From positions 20,037 to 84,036 of the forward strand of contig VRUG01000009.1 in NCBI GenBank assembly GCA_019456255.1: DNA of 64,000 bases, read 5' to 3'. The DNA is from Planctomycetota bacterium (GTDB lineage Bacteria; Planctomycetota; Phycisphaerae; Sedimentisphaerales; Anaerobacaceae). Made by a program: the position numbers and the translations under genes. A model generated the notes under the pieces. That model had not been told where the DNA came from. It was given only the letters and a program-made list of their open reading frames with translations, and did no database searches. Below, piece after piece: positions 18,060-28,203 of the stretch; position 1 is the first letter of the stretch, and every line of letters starts with the position of its first letter.

Positions 18060-18705
18060 TAAAATGATAGTAATAGTTGACTATAAAGCCGGCAATATTA
18101 AATCAGTTTTTAATGCTTTTAAAAAGATAGGGCAGGACCCTGTAGTAAGTAACTCTTACCAGGTACTTGAAGAGGCAGACGCTATAGTTATCCCTGGTGT
18201 TGGAGCGTTTGGTGAAGGAATGAAGTCCTTAAAAGAAGCAGGTCTTATTGAGTGTTTGAATGAGCAAGTTATAGGCAAGAAAAAACCGTTCCTTGGAATA
18301 TGTCTTGGTATGCAGTTGTTAGCCGACTGCAGTTTGGAAATGGGAGAACACGAAGGACTTGGCTGGATAGGTGGAACGGTTAAGTTAATAGAGACTGGTA
18401 GTACTGGCTTGAGGGTACCACATATTGGTTGGAATGATGTTGATTTTGAAAAAGGTAATGTTTTGTTTGATGGATTTGTTGAAGATCCAGTTTTCTACTT
18501 TGCTCATAGTTATTACTTTGAGGTAACGAATCGTGATTATGTTTCGTCATGTTGTACTCACGGAATTACATTTAGTAGTAGCGTCCAGAAAGACAACATT
18601 TTCGGAGTTCAATTTCATCCAGAAAAGAGCCAATCTATAGGGTTAAAGGTCTTAGAAAATTTTGTTAAAGAAGCGATTAATAGCAGTGGTACTTGTTCGG
18701 GATAG
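18049..18705 (+). CDS. hisH: glutamine amidotransferase subunit, HisH/WbuY-like
   Basis: IVIVDYKAGNIKSV, GICLGMQLL (catalytic Cys), HSYY, QFHPEKS. Confidence 0.85.
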   Translation: MCPSKMIVIVDYKAGNIKSVFNAFKKIGQDPVVSNSYQVLEEADAIVIPGVGAFGEGMKSLKEAGLIECLNEQVIGKKKPFLGICLGMQLLADCSLEMGEHEGLGWIGGTVKLIETGSTGLRVPHIGWNDVDFEKGNVLFDGFVEDPVFYFAHSYYFEVTNRDYVSSCCTHGITFSSSVQKDNIFGVQFHPEKSQSIGLKVLENFVKEAINSSGTCSG

Positions 18706-19426
18706 GCAAGTAGTTCAAAGTGTAAAGTTTAAGCACACTAACGTTATCCATTGGAATGTTGCTACTGCTGTTACTTTCTTTAATGAGTGGGCGGTTGATG
18801 AAATAATCTTGCTCGATGTTAGTAGAAATCGAGATGAATATGGTTTTTACTTCGTAATTGAGGACTTATCTACTAAGTGTTTTGTACCTTTAACCGTTGG
18901 TGGGTGGATAACAAATATCGAAGAAGCAAAGAGTAGGTTCGATCTAGGAGCAGATAAGATAGTTATTAACAGTGAAGCATTTCGGCGGCCAGAATTTATT
19001 AAAGAGTGTGCTAAGGCTTTTGGTAGCCAATGTGTAGTTGTTTCAATAGACGTTAAACGGTACCCGCATTGGAAGAGTGACGGCTATCTTGTTTGTACAG
19101 ATAGGGGTAGAGAACTTAGAATTTGGCATCCAGTTGACTGGGCTATGGAATGTCAAAAGCTTGGAGCGGGAGAAATATTTTTGAATTGCATTGATAATGA
19201 CGGGAACCGTAAAGGTTACAACTTAGGTTTGTTGGAAAGAGTTTCCAAGGCAGTAACTATTCCAGTAATAGCAATGGGTGGTGTATTGGAATGGAAACAT
19301 CTTGTCGATGGAATAGTAAAAGGTGGTGCTGACGCTGTTGCTGCTGCTAATATATTCCATTATAAAGAGCAAAGTACAAAGAAGGCCAAAAAGTATATGA
19401 GAGAGCATGGTATAGACGTCCGTTAG
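18662..19426 (+). CDS. hisF: imidazole-glycerol-phosphate-synthase cyclase-like subunit, HisF/WbuZ-like (copy 1)
   Basis: MLKKRLI..., GADKIVINS, GAGEI.LN.ID.DG...GY and GGADAVAAANIFHY. TTG start overlapping hisH. Confidence 0.8.
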   Translation: MLKKRLIAVVLVRDRQVVQSVKFKHTNVIHWNVATAVTFFNEWAVDEIILLDVSRNRDEYGFYFVIEDLSTKCFVPLTVGGWITNIEEAKSRFDLGADKIVINSEAFRRPEFIKECAKAFGSQCVVVSIDVKRYPHWKSDGYLVCTDRGRELRIWHPVDWAMECQKLGAGEIFLNCIDNDGNRKGYNLGLLERVSKAVTIPVIAMGGVLEWKHLVDGIVKGGADAVAAANIFHYKEQSTKKAKKYMREHGIDVR

Positions 19427-19438
19427 GTAAGGGAAGTG

Positions 19439-19603
19439 ATGGTCTGTAAAATCTGTTACAAGGAAAAAGCTACTTTACCAGATAGAAATAAACCGTGGTC
19501 AAAAAGAAAAGAGATTTGCTCAAAATGTCATCAAGACAGATTAAAGTCTGACTTAAAGGTTATTATTAAGGACAATATAAAGCGTAGTGTGAAGGAGAGC
19601 TAA
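19439..19603 (+). CDS. small CxxC...CxxC zinc-ribbon protein
   Basis: 54-aa ORF absent from the supplied track (MVCKICYKE...CSKCHQD). Its stop overlaps the next ATG (TAATG). Confidence 0.4.
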   Translation: MVCKICYKEKATLPDRNKPWSKRKEICSKCHQDRLKSDLKVIIKDNIKRSVKES

Positions 19604-20865
19604 TGAACTATTGTAAGAGGTGTTTATATCCAGAAAATGCAAAACCTACTATCATCTTTGATGAGCAGGGAGTATGTAGTGGTTGTCGTTACCACGAGTC
19701 AAGGCAGACCATAGACTGGTCTGAGAGGGAAAAACTACTACGTGAAATCCTTGCTGAATATAAACAGAAAGCAAAAGAAGCTGGTAACCCTTACGATTGT
19801 ATTATTCCAGTCAGCGGTGGAAAGGACAGCCATTATCAAGTTTACTTGATGAAAGTAGTCTACGGGATGAATCCCTTGCTAGTTACATACAACCATACTT
19901 TTAATACAAAGCTAGGTTTAAGGAACCTTAATAATATAGTGGAGAAGTTTGGAGTTGATTTGATTAGATTTACTGCTAATACAGAATCTGTTAGAAAGAT
20001 ATCTAGGTATATGGTGAAGACAGTAGGTGACATTACCTGGCATTATCATGCTGGTATTAGAACTTTTCCTTTTCAAGTGTCAGTCAAGTGGAACATTCCA
20101 CTTGTAATATGGGGGGAACACGGCTTCGCTGAAATTGTTGGGTTGGTTTCCCTTGAAGACATGGTAGAGTTTACTAAGTGGACAAGGCAAGAACATGATA
20201 TGAGGGGATACGAACCAGAAGACTTAATTAATGAGGAGAGTGGAATAACTAGTTTAGACGTAGCTCCCTACGTTTTTCCGACAGAAGAACAAATATCCGA
20301 GACTGGGATGAGAGGAATTTACTTGAGCAACTTTATGTACTGGGACGCTTTGGAACAAGCAAAGGAAATGGTCCACCGCTATGACTTTGGTTTACGAGAA
20401 GTTCCAAATGAAAGGTCTTTCGTTTTGCATGCCAAGAGTGATGACCACGCTAATGACGTTCATGACTACCTGAAGTATTTGAAGTTTGGATATGGAAGAG
20501 CGACTGACGATGCTACTACAGAAATAAGGCATGGGCGTATGACAAGAGAAGAAGGTACACAATTAGTTAGCGAGTACGACTCTGTGAGACCTTCTACTTT
20601 GCAATCGTATTTGGATTTTATGGGAATTACGGAACAGACTTTTCTAGACTGGGTTGAGCCTATGAGAGATTTGAATATATGGGAAAAACATAAGTCTACT
20701 GAGATGTGGGTGGTAAAGGATTCTATTGTACTAGATGATAGAGAAGTCGATGATGCTCGTCTGCTTCTAGTTCGTCCAGAAGACAGGACATTTGGTAGTA
20801 ATAATAAGCGGTTTTTTTGTAGGGATAAGTCTAAACATATAGAATATTCTCCTATTACTTTATAA
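19603..20865 (+). CDS. N-acetyl sugar amidotransferase (PP-loop; WbuX/WbpG/PseA-like), copy 1
   Basis: N-terminal CKRC...GVCSGC zinc knuckle, PVSGGKDSHYQ PP-loop, and FGYGRATDDA...IRHGRMTREEG. Confidence 0.8.
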   Translation: MNYCKRCLYPENAKPTIIFDEQGVCSGCRYHESRQTIDWSEREKLLREILAEYKQKAKEAGNPYDCIIPVSGGKDSHYQVYLMKVVYGMNPLLVTYNHTFNTKLGLRNLNNIVEKFGVDLIRFTANTESVRKISRYMVKTVGDITWHYHAGIRTFPFQVSVKWNIPLVIWGEHGFAEIVGLVSLEDMVEFTKWTRQEHDMRGYEPEDLINEESGITSLDVAPYVFPTEEQISETGMRGIYLSNFMYWDALEQAKEMVHRYDFGLREVPNERSFVLHAKSDDHANDVHDYLKYLKFGYGRATDDATTEIRHGRMTREEGTQLVSEYDSVRPSTLQSYLDFMGITEQTFLDWVEPMRDLNIWEKHKSTEMWVVKDSIVLDDREVDDARLLLVRPEDRTFGSNNKRFFCRDKSKHIEYSPITL

Positions 20866-20875
20866 GGATTGGAAA

Positions 20876-21997
20876 ATGAAATACTGTAAGAAGTGCGTTA
20901 TGCCAGACACTAGACCTCATATAGTCTTTAATGAAGATGGAGTATGTGATGCTTGCGTTTCTGCTGAGGGTAAAAGTAAAGACATAGACTGGTTTACTAG
21001 GTACTCAGAGCTTGAATCCTTGTTGAGGAGGTACCGTTTAAAGAGTTCGACTGAGTATGATTGTATCGTGCCAGTTAGTGGTGGAAAAGATAGCCACTAT
21101 CAAACATGGATTTTGAAGCACGAGTTTAATATGAGCCCGCTAGCTGTTACTTTTGCTCAATGTGCTATGACGCCTTTAGGTCAAAGTAATCTCGATTCAT
21201 TAAGAGAGATAGGTGTTGACCATATATTGTTTACTCCAGACCCTATCATATACAGGAAGTTAGCAAGGGAAGGTTTAAAGAGAGTTGGAGATTCTTGCTG
21301 GCCGTGTCACGTTGGGATCTTTACCGTTCCAGTTCAAGTAGCAGTTAAGTTTAATATTCCGTTGATAGTATGGGGAGAGAATGGGCAACAAGAATATGGT
21401 GGTCCTGCGTGGCATAGAGATGAAAGTGTACTTGACAGGAGGTGGGTAGAGGAGTTTTGTTTGTTAGGAAATAGAGTGGATGCTATGACTACAGTTGAGG
21501 GGATAACTCTCTCAGATCTTAAACCTTATATTTATCCATCCGACAAAGACATAAAGAAAGTTGGAGTTACTGGAATCTACCTTGGTTATTTTATGAAGTG
21601 GGATGCAAGGGAACAAATCCAATTCATAAAAGAGAAGACAAATTTTAATACCAGTCCTTCTCCTACTGTTGGTACTTACACAGACTTTGAGAATCTAGAT
21701 GGGAAGTGGTATGGTTTTCATGATTGGTTAATGTATCTGAAGTATGGTTTTGGTCGTGCTACTAGTCATGCTTGTATAGATATAAGAAATAGAAGGTTAA
21801 CGAGGGAAAGAGCTGTCGTACTAGTAAATAATAACGAGGGAAAGTTCCCGAAAGAGTACTTTAAAGAATTTTTGGACTTTATTTGGATGAGTGAAGATGA
21901 GTTCGACGAAGTCTGCGAGTTGTTTGCTAACAAAAGTATATTCGAGAAAGACAGTAAGGGCCACCTGGTAAAGAGAAAAGAGGCAGTGCTTTGTTGA
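20876..21997 (+). CDS. N-acetyl sugar amidotransferase (PP-loop; WbuX/WbpG/PseA-like), copy 2
   Basis: Paralog of the previous gene (CKKCVMP..GVCDAC, PVSGGKDSHYQ, YGFGRATSHACIDIRNRRLTRE). Confidence 0.8.
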   Translation: MKYCKKCVMPDTRPHIVFNEDGVCDACVSAEGKSKDIDWFTRYSELESLLRRYRLKSSTEYDCIVPVSGGKDSHYQTWILKHEFNMSPLAVTFAQCAMTPLGQSNLDSLREIGVDHILFTPDPIIYRKLAREGLKRVGDSCWPCHVGIFTVPVQVAVKFNIPLIVWGENGQQEYGGPAWHRDESVLDRRWVEEFCLLGNRVDAMTTVEGITLSDLKPYIYPSDKDIKKVGVTGIYLGYFMKWDAREQIQFIKEKTNFNTSPSPTVGTYTDFENLDGKWYGFHDWLMYLKYGFGRATSHACIDIRNRRLTRERAVVLVNNNEGKFPKEYFKEFLDFIWMSEDEFDEVCELFANKSIFEKDSKGHLVKRKEAVLC

Positions 21998-22752
21998 AGG
22001 TTAGACTTATTCCTTTAGTATTGTTTAACGATTGGAAGATGGTGAAGACTATACAGTTTTCAGATATTCGTAACTATGGTAGTCCAGTAGCTGCCGCAAA
22101 AACTTACGATGCTCAAAGGGTTGATGAAATAATGTACCTTGACATAAGAGCAACTGAAGATGGTAGGGAGCCAAACTATCAGGCAGTTTCTGATATAGTA
22201 GGTGAATGCTTTTGCCCAGTAGCTGTAGGCGGTGGAATAAGTACAGCTAGTCATGTTAAGCAACTACTTTCGGCTGGAGCAGATAAAGTCGTAATTAATA
22301 CTGCGGTTGTTGAAAACCCGATGCTGATATCTGAAATATCTAAGGTTTTTGGAAGTCAATGTATAGTTGTATCAATAGATGTATATGAAGGTTGGATGGT
22401 ACATACTTGTTCTGGTACAGTTTGGACTCATCTCGATGCAGTCTCTTGGGCTTCTGCTTGCGAGTGTTTAGGCGCTGGAGAAATTCTTCTTAATTCTGTT
22501 AGTAGAGATGGTACGGAAGATGGGTACGATCTTAAGCTGTTAGAAGCGGTTGTAGCGAAAGTGAACATTCCAGTCATAATTGCTGGTGGTGCGGGGAAGC
22601 CGCAAGATTTAGTTGACGCGGTAAATGCTGGTGCGTCTGCTGTCGCTGCTGGTAGTCTTTTCTTGTATACTGAACATAGTCCTATAAGTGCTAGAAAGTA
22701 TATGGAGATGAGTGGGTTAAATGTTAGAAAGTATAGTGGGGGGATAGGGTGA
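21991..22752 (+). CDS. hisF: HisF/WbuZ-like cyclase subunit (copy 2)
   Basis: MLKVRLIPLV..., GADKVVINT, GAGEILLNSVSRDGT..GY, GASAVAAGSLF. Confidence 0.8.
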   Translation: MLKVRLIPLVLFNDWKMVKTIQFSDIRNYGSPVAAAKTYDAQRVDEIMYLDIRATEDGREPNYQAVSDIVGECFCPVAVGGGISTASHVKQLLSAGADKVVINTAVVENPMLISEISKVFGSQCIVVSIDVYEGWMVHTCSGTVWTHLDAVSWASACECLGAGEILLNSVSRDGTEDGYDLKLLEAVVAKVNIPVIIAGGAGKPQDLVDAVNAGASAVAAGSLFLYTEHSPISARKYMEMSGLNVRKYSGGIG

Positions 22753-23015
22753 TTAAGAAGGCCTCTACGTGGAGGAGAACCTGGTACTTTAAGGTTTGCT
22801 GGGTTAAGGGAAAGTTACATCGTCTTCTCCAAAAGGTTTTTCCATTGTGTGATGGTTTTAAAGGGCCGTGTTTTAAGCTTGGAGAGAGGAGGAGGCAGCG
22901 TACGGCTTATCATGAGGATGACCTTAACTGGGTTTTTCTGTGCGATAAGTGTGCGGAAATAAATCAGGAACATTGGGATGAAATGTGGTCTGAATACTAT
23001 AGCCAAGTTATTTAA
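22749..23015 (+). CDS. hypothetical Cys-containing protein
   Basis: 88 aa, GTGA-coupled. Confidence 0.4.
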   Translation: MIKKASTWRRTWYFKVCWVKGKLHRLLQKVFPLCDGFKGPCFKLGERRRQRTAYHEDDLNWVFLCDKCAEINQEHWDEMWSEYYSQVI

Positions 23016-23030
23016 AAGGGAGTACGTTAA

Positions 23031-24269
23031 ATGAAAATTGATGAGAGAGCATGGAAGACGTGGGGTGAGTTTAATCGAACTATAGACAAGAAGAGAATTA
23101 TTTTCTTTGGTTATTCCTTAGACTGGATTGGGAAAACGTTAAGAAAGAGTAACCTAACTATTTCGTCTATCGTTGATAATAGCCAGAACTTCCAAGGTAC
23201 CGATAGCGTGTATGGGGTTAAGATCTTGGCGACAAAAAACTTATTACATAAACGTGATGATGAGTATATTGTCATAACGTCTTTGTCTTTTGAAAGTATT
23301 TATAGGGAGCTCATCCATACAGGTTTTACACCTGGAAAAGACTTTTGTATAACTCCAGCATTGAATAGTGTGAAAGTTGTTAATGATATAAACTCTAAAG
23401 ACTTTCGTTTACTTGTTAGTAGCCCAGATCATCTTATTTACTTTAAAGATACTAGTAATCTTGGTGGTGGGTTATACGAGTTTTCTGTTACTAGTAAGGC
23501 TGTAGGATGTGAAAAACTCGTAGCCGGCACATTCAGGCAAATAGTTGATATGGAAAATGGAAATATAGCAGTACTTGAAGAAATGAATGGTATACGTATA
23601 TTTGAGAAAGGTAGTGTTATTGGGTTTTGGAAATTTATAGAGTGTGATAAAGGCGATCGTCCACATGGACTTGCTTACGACAAAGTTAATAACATATTCT
23701 ATATGGCTTGTACTGCTAAGGATGAAATTGCTGCTTACGATGCTGATACCGGAAAGCCAATCGATTCTGCAGAGATACTAAGTTGGAAGGCAAGTGTTGA
23801 TGGGAAGAATCATCATTGGATAAACGACCTTGCTATCAAAGATAGATATTTGTACTTGTCTTTGTTTTCTATTTCTGGGTGCCAACAAGAGGGAGTCTAT
23901 GATGGTGGTATTATGCAGATTAATCTTGACCGCCCAGATGAGCGTCAAGTTGTTGCTAGAGATTTATGGATGCCTCATACTGTTAGATTTTTTGGAGAGG
24001 AACTTTGCTATCTCGATTCAATGAATGGTAGGTTTTATAAAGGTAGTGCGTTAGTTGGTGAGTTCAATGGTTTTACTAGGGGGCTTGGTTACGATGGCGT
24101 TTACTATTATGTTGGGCAGAGCGAGAATAGGTACTTTGACCAGTTTAAAGGAAAGCGCAACAACGTTGGTATGAATGCTGGTTTCTTTTTATTTGACGAA
24201 GAAACAAAGGCAAGTAAGTTTTTCGAGGTACCTAGACTCCATCAGGTTCATGATCTTTTAGTCTTATGA
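23031..24269 (+). CDS. hypothetical protein (possible beta-propeller, sugar-cluster associated)
   Basis: 412 aa with repeated PHG/PHT...Y.. blocks and an N-terminal Rossmann-like stretch. No confident family. Confidence 0.5.
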   Translation: MKIDERAWKTWGEFNRTIDKKRIIFFGYSLDWIGKTLRKSNLTISSIVDNSQNFQGTDSVYGVKILATKNLLHKRDDEYIVITSLSFESIYRELIHTGFTPGKDFCITPALNSVKVVNDINSKDFRLLVSSPDHLIYFKDTSNLGGGLYEFSVTSKAVGCEKLVAGTFRQIVDMENGNIAVLEEMNGIRIFEKGSVIGFWKFIECDKGDRPHGLAYDKVNNIFYMACTAKDEIAAYDADTGKPIDSAEILSWKASVDGKNHHWINDLAIKDRYLYLSLFSISGCQQEGVYDGGIMQINLDRPDERQVVARDLWMPHTVRFFGEELCYLDSMNGRFYKGSALVGEFNGFTRGLGYDGVYYYVGQSENRYFDQFKGKRNNVGMNAGFFLFDEETKASKFFEVPRLHQVHDLLVL

Positions 24270-24727
24270 AAACTATCATTTATATACCCTGTATCTACAG
24301 GGCTGGTCGTGGGTTGTGGCCTCCTACAACTCCGAGTTGCTGGTACTACTGGTTACATAAGAATCTATGGAACTACTTTTCTGGTCTTCAATGTAAAGTT
24401 ATATGGAAGGCCGGACCTAGGTCTAGCAACCTCGAGGACCCAGTGGATAGATTCCGTGACGTTAATATGCGTTACAGTACAAAGAAACTTAGTCGAGAAT
24501 TAAAAAAGGCAGACTTAGTAGTTGTTGATTCAGTTTCAACTCCATTTATGGAGGCTACTATGCTTGGTAAGCGTGTCATTTGTGTTGTTCCAAGACAAGA
24601 TAAAAAGTATATATATTCTTCTGACATAAAGGAAAGAGTTTCGTTTGTTGGACTCTGGGACGTCTTTAATACAATTGCAGATCAAGTGGACTACGTTATA
24701 GAGCAGCGTTGGGGGGACTATGTTTGA
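24266..24727 (+). CDS. hypothetical protein (GT-B C-terminal-like stretch)
   Basis: 153 aa. KKADLVVVDSVSTPFMEATMLGKRVICV resembles a nucleotide-sugar-binding C-terminal lobe. Assignment is weak. Confidence 0.4.
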   Translation: MKTIIYIPCIYRAGRGLWPPTTPSCWYYWLHKNLWNYFSGLQCKVIWKAGPRSSNLEDPVDRFRDVNMRYSTKKLSRELKKADLVVVDSVSTPFMEATMLGKRVICVVPRQDKKYIYSSDIKERVSFVGLWDVFNTIADQVDYVIEQRWGDYV

Positions 24728-25709
24728 AAATAAGGTTGTGATGATTACTGGTGGAACTGGGACGTTTGGATCGATACTAGCTAGACGTTTTTATAATTTG
24801 TATCCGAAGTTGAGGAAAATAATTATATATTCAAGAGATGAGTATAAGCAAGATAAATTGTTTGAGAGTTTTGGTAGACCTAAACCAAACAAACAACTCA
24901 GATTCTTTATTGGCGATGTGAGGGATAGGAGTCGCCTTACTATGGCTATGTCTGGGGTTGACTACGTTGTTCATGCTGCGGCCATGAAACAAGTGCCGGC
25001 GTGTGAGTACAACCCATTAGAAGCAAAGAAGACTAATGTTGATGGTGCCGCTAATATTATAGAGGCTGCTATAGAAACTGGGGTTAAGCAGGTAGTGGCT
25101 TTGAGCACAGATAAAGCAGTTAACCCTATTAACTTGTATGGTACTACGAAGTTGCTAGCGGAAAAACTGTTTATTAATGCAAATACTCTTGGTAAGAAAG
25201 TAACGAAGTTTAGTGTTGTTAGGTATGGAAATGTACTTGGTAGTCGGGGTTCTGTTTTGAATACTTTTCGGGAACAAGCAGAAATGGGAGTGTTACTTGT
25301 AACCGACAGGCGTATGACTAGGTTTTGGTGGACAGTTGATCAAGCAGTCGACTTTGTAATGTTGGCACTTCGTGCGATGGAGGGTGGAGAAATATTAGTT
25401 CCAAAACTTAGATCAGCTACTGTCAAAAACGTTGCTATTGCAGTATGTGAAGAATGTAGAATAAGATACACTGGAATACGACCTGGCGAGAAGTTACATG
25501 AGGTTTTAATTTCTCCAGAAGAGGTTTGTAGGACTTACGAAGTACCTGAAATGTATATTGTAGTCCCTGATACTAGTTTTTTCGATTTTAATTTTTCTGT
25601 CGAGATTTGGGATAAAGTACCAAATAACTTTAAGTATTCTTCATTAGACGTTCTTATCGAGGATATTGTTGTTTTAAAGAATTTGATTGAGGGTATAAAT
25701 GAAAAATAG
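24720..25709 (+). CDS. pseB: UDP-N-acetylglucosamine 4,6-dehydratase (PseB/FlaA1/CapD-like SDR)
   Basis: ITGGTGTFGS, YSRDEYKQ, HAAAMKQVP.CEYNP.EA.KTN, STDKAV.P.N.YG.TK, VRYGNV.GSRGSV. Confidence 0.85.
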   Translation: MFENKVVMITGGTGTFGSILARRFYNLYPKLRKIIIYSRDEYKQDKLFESFGRPKPNKQLRFFIGDVRDRSRLTMAMSGVDYVVHAAAMKQVPACEYNPLEAKKTNVDGAANIIEAAIETGVKQVVALSTDKAVNPINLYGTTKLLAEKLFINANTLGKKVTKFSVVRYGNVLGSRGSVLNTFREQAEMGVLLVTDRRMTRFWWTVDQAVDFVMLALRAMEGGEILVPKLRSATVKNVAIAVCEECRIRYTGIRPGEKLHEVLISPEEVCRTYEVPEMYIVVPDTSFFDFNFSVEIWDKVPNNFKYSSLDVLIEDIVVLKNLIEGINEK

Positions 25710-26403
25710 TTCAGTAGCAATTGTAGTTCCGGCAAAGGTAATATCAAAGCGTCTTCCAAGTAAGAACTTACTGTGCCTTGGCGGGAAGTTTGGAAATAAA
25801 ACTTTAGTTGAAATAGCAGTTGACAGGTCGTTAGAAAGTGGTCTTGGAATGGTCGTTGTTAGTAGCGATGGTCATGGTGTTTTACGGCAAGCTCGTATTT
25901 ATAGTACAGCAGAAGTTTATTTTATGAAACGTAGCAATGGACTAAATGAGGGTACATCTAGAGCGTGGGAAGTTTGTTTAGATTCTGTAGATAGGTTGCA
26001 ACTTAAGTGTAATATGAAGGTTACTACTGTTGTTATGACTTTACCAACGTCCCCTTTCTGTAGTGCTGAAGATTTAATTAATGCGGTCGATTTGTTTTAT
26101 AAAAAGGATAGAAGGCCTGTTATGAGTGTTAAGGAACTTAACTTTAATCCTGCAACATGCGCAACTATTTCTAATGATGGTGTAATGTGGAGACGGGATG
26201 GAGGATCCTGGGGCGTCTTAACAGTGAGCGAAAGGGTGTATCTTTCTAACGGGGCTGTTTGGGTTTGTGATGTTGAGATGTTACGTAAACGTAAAGAGCA
26301 GTACATTGCTGGAATGGTAGCATACGTGATGCCAGAAGAAAGAAGTATAGATATCAACACTCAGTTCGACTATTCTGTTGCTAGTCTTTTAGCTCAGAAG
26401 TAA
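25699..26403 (+). CDS. CMP-nonulosonate cytidylyltransferase (NeuA/PseF-like, CTP_transf_3)
   Basis: AIVVPAKVISKRLPSKNL, VVSSD and LPTSPF are typical of acylneuraminate cytidylyltransferases. Confidence 0.65.
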   Translation: MKNSSVAIVVPAKVISKRLPSKNLLCLGGKFGNKTLVEIAVDRSLESGLGMVVVSSDGHGVLRQARIYSTAEVYFMKRSNGLNEGTSRAWEVCLDSVDRLQLKCNMKVTTVVMTLPTSPFCSAEDLINAVDLFYKKDRRPVMSVKELNFNPATCATISNDGVMWRRDGGSWGVLTVSERVYLSNGAVWVCDVEMLRKRKEQYIAGMVAYVMPEERSIDINTQFDYSVASLLAQK

Positions 26404-26417
26404 TAGGGAGAGTGAAT

Positions 26418-26873
26418 ATGAAAAAGAAGAAAAAGAAGCCTAAGTTTAGGATTGGTCAGTGGGTAGAGTTCAAGGCTCATACTACTAAAGATTATTTAGG
26501 GACGAACTCTGTAAATGTAAATAAGAGAAAAATAGTTAAGAGAAACATAGTAATGAGACTTCCATTAGGGACGCCTTTACGTGGGCAAATAATAGGCGCA
26601 AGATATAGAATGGAAGGTACAGTTCATCCCGGTGGTTATGAAGACCAAGAACAGGCTTATTTTATACCAAGTAAGAGTGTATTGGTATGGCTAGTCGCTA
26701 CTGGTTACATAAACAAGCCCTATGAAGTTTTAGAAAAGGATATTGGGTTTACGGTTTCTAGTGATGGTTTTCGACTTCCTTGGAGGAAGACGTGGATGTC
26801 TAAAAGAGAAAGAGAACGGTTAAGTAAGGAATCTCAAGATTGGCCAAGAGACTCTAAAGGGAGGTTTTGTTAA
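26418..26873 (+). CDS. hypothetical protein
   Basis: ATG after gggagag. Lys-rich N-terminus. Confidence 0.45.
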   Translation: MKKKKKKPKFRIGQWVEFKAHTTKDYLGTNSVNVNKRKIVKRNIVMRLPLGTPLRGQIIGARYRMEGTVHPGGYEDQEQAYFIPSKSVLVWLVATGYINKPYEVLEKDIGFTVSSDGFRLPWRKTWMSKRERERLSKESQDWPRDSKGRFC

Positions 26874-28198
26874 TGGAAATACTATTGGTAAATCCAAGGG
26901 TAAGGGAATGGGCACAGCCTAACTGTTTTCCTACTGGTCTTGGCTACATAGCCAGTTACCTCCGACTAAGGGGATACGATGTTGAGGTTTGGGACTTTAA
27001 TGCTATGCGCCAAGAGGATTTGACTTATGAAGGTATAATAAGATCTTATAAGTACGACGTACTAGGTATTACTGGTATAATTACTCAATACAATGACGTT
27101 AAGGAGTTAGCGAAGTTTGCCAGAGATCATAATCCGGACGTCAAGATTGTTTGTGGGGGAACTATTGCAACGTCTATCCCAGAAGTTCTTTTAGAGACTA
27201 CTTGCGTTGACCGTTGTATTTTAGGAGAAGGAGAAATTCAGATGGTCGAGTACTTAAGGTCTCTTAAAAGTGGTAGACTTCCAAGGGTGCCAGGTCTAAT
27301 TGAAGACCTTCAGCATCTTCCAAGACCGGCCTATGACAAGTTTCCTATGGAGGTTTACCTTAACAACCCTATAGCGTACTATAATACTAACAAGTGGATT
27401 GATGGTAGGGTAGGCGAAAGTGATGAGAAAATTGATCCTCCTAAAAGTATAAATATGATAGGTAGTAGAGGTTGCCCTTATAACTGTATCTTTTGTTATC
27501 ACAACTACATGGGAGATAAATATAGAGTTAGAGATCCGCTTGACATATTTTTTGAGATAAGTTATTTGATAAACGAGTACGACGTTGGCTACGTGCACTT
27601 TGTTGATGATGCTTTTGTTTGTAACAAAGCTTTTGTTGAGGAGTTCTGTAGTCTTATTAAACCGATGGGAATTAAGTGGTCTTGTTCTGGTAGGGTGAAC
27701 GTTATGACTGATGAGTTGGCAGAGACTATGGCGTCTGCTGGTTGTTTAGGGGTTTGCTATGGTCTTGAAAGTGCAAGTCAAGTTATGTTAGACCGGATGA
27801 ACAAAAAGGTTAGTGTTGATCAGTACCGTAAAGCTATAGAAATAAACAAGAGACATTTCGTTTACGAAGATTATACATTCGTAATTGGTACGCCAGGCGA
27901 AACTGACGGAACAGTAGCAGAGTCTGTTAACTTTTGTGAGGAGATGGGTATAACTCCAACATCAGTATTCTACATGACTCCCTACCCAGGTACTCCGTTG
28001 TTTTCTGAGTTAGTTAGAACTAATAAAGAATTTCGTTACATGGTTTGTTACCTTTATACTAAGTGGATAAGTGGTTTAGGAGAACAGGGAGAACAAGTTG
28101 CTTGGGATTGTTGTGGAGTTGGTATAAAGAAACTACACGAATGGAAAGAGCTATTTATAGAGGAGACTGGAGCATGGAACAAAAAGAAACATTCGTAA
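26873..28198 (+). CDS. B12-binding-domain radical SAM enzyme (class B, methyltransferase-like), copy 1
   Basis: N-terminal cobalamin-binding-like domain, SRGCPYNCIFC (CxxxCxxC), GLESAS. Confidence 0.8.
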   Translation: MEILLVNPRVREWAQPNCFPTGLGYIASYLRLRGYDVEVWDFNAMRQEDLTYEGIIRSYKYDVLGITGIITQYNDVKELAKFARDHNPDVKIVCGGTIATSIPEVLLETTCVDRCILGEGEIQMVEYLRSLKSGRLPRVPGLIEDLQHLPRPAYDKFPMEVYLNNPIAYYNTNKWIDGRVGESDEKIDPPKSINMIGSRGCPYNCIFCYHNYMGDKYRVRDPLDIFFEISYLINEYDVGYVHFVDDAFVCNKAFVEEFCSLIKPMGIKWSCSGRVNVMTDELAETMASAGCLGVCYGLESASQVMLDRMNKKVSVDQYRKAIEINKRHFVYEDYTFVIGTPGETDGTVAESVNFCEEMGITPTSVFYMTPYPGTPLFSELVRTNKEFRYMVCYLYTKWISGLGEQGEQVAWDCCGVGIKKLHEWKELFIEETGAWNKKKHS

Positions 28199-28203
28199 GG
28201 TTC

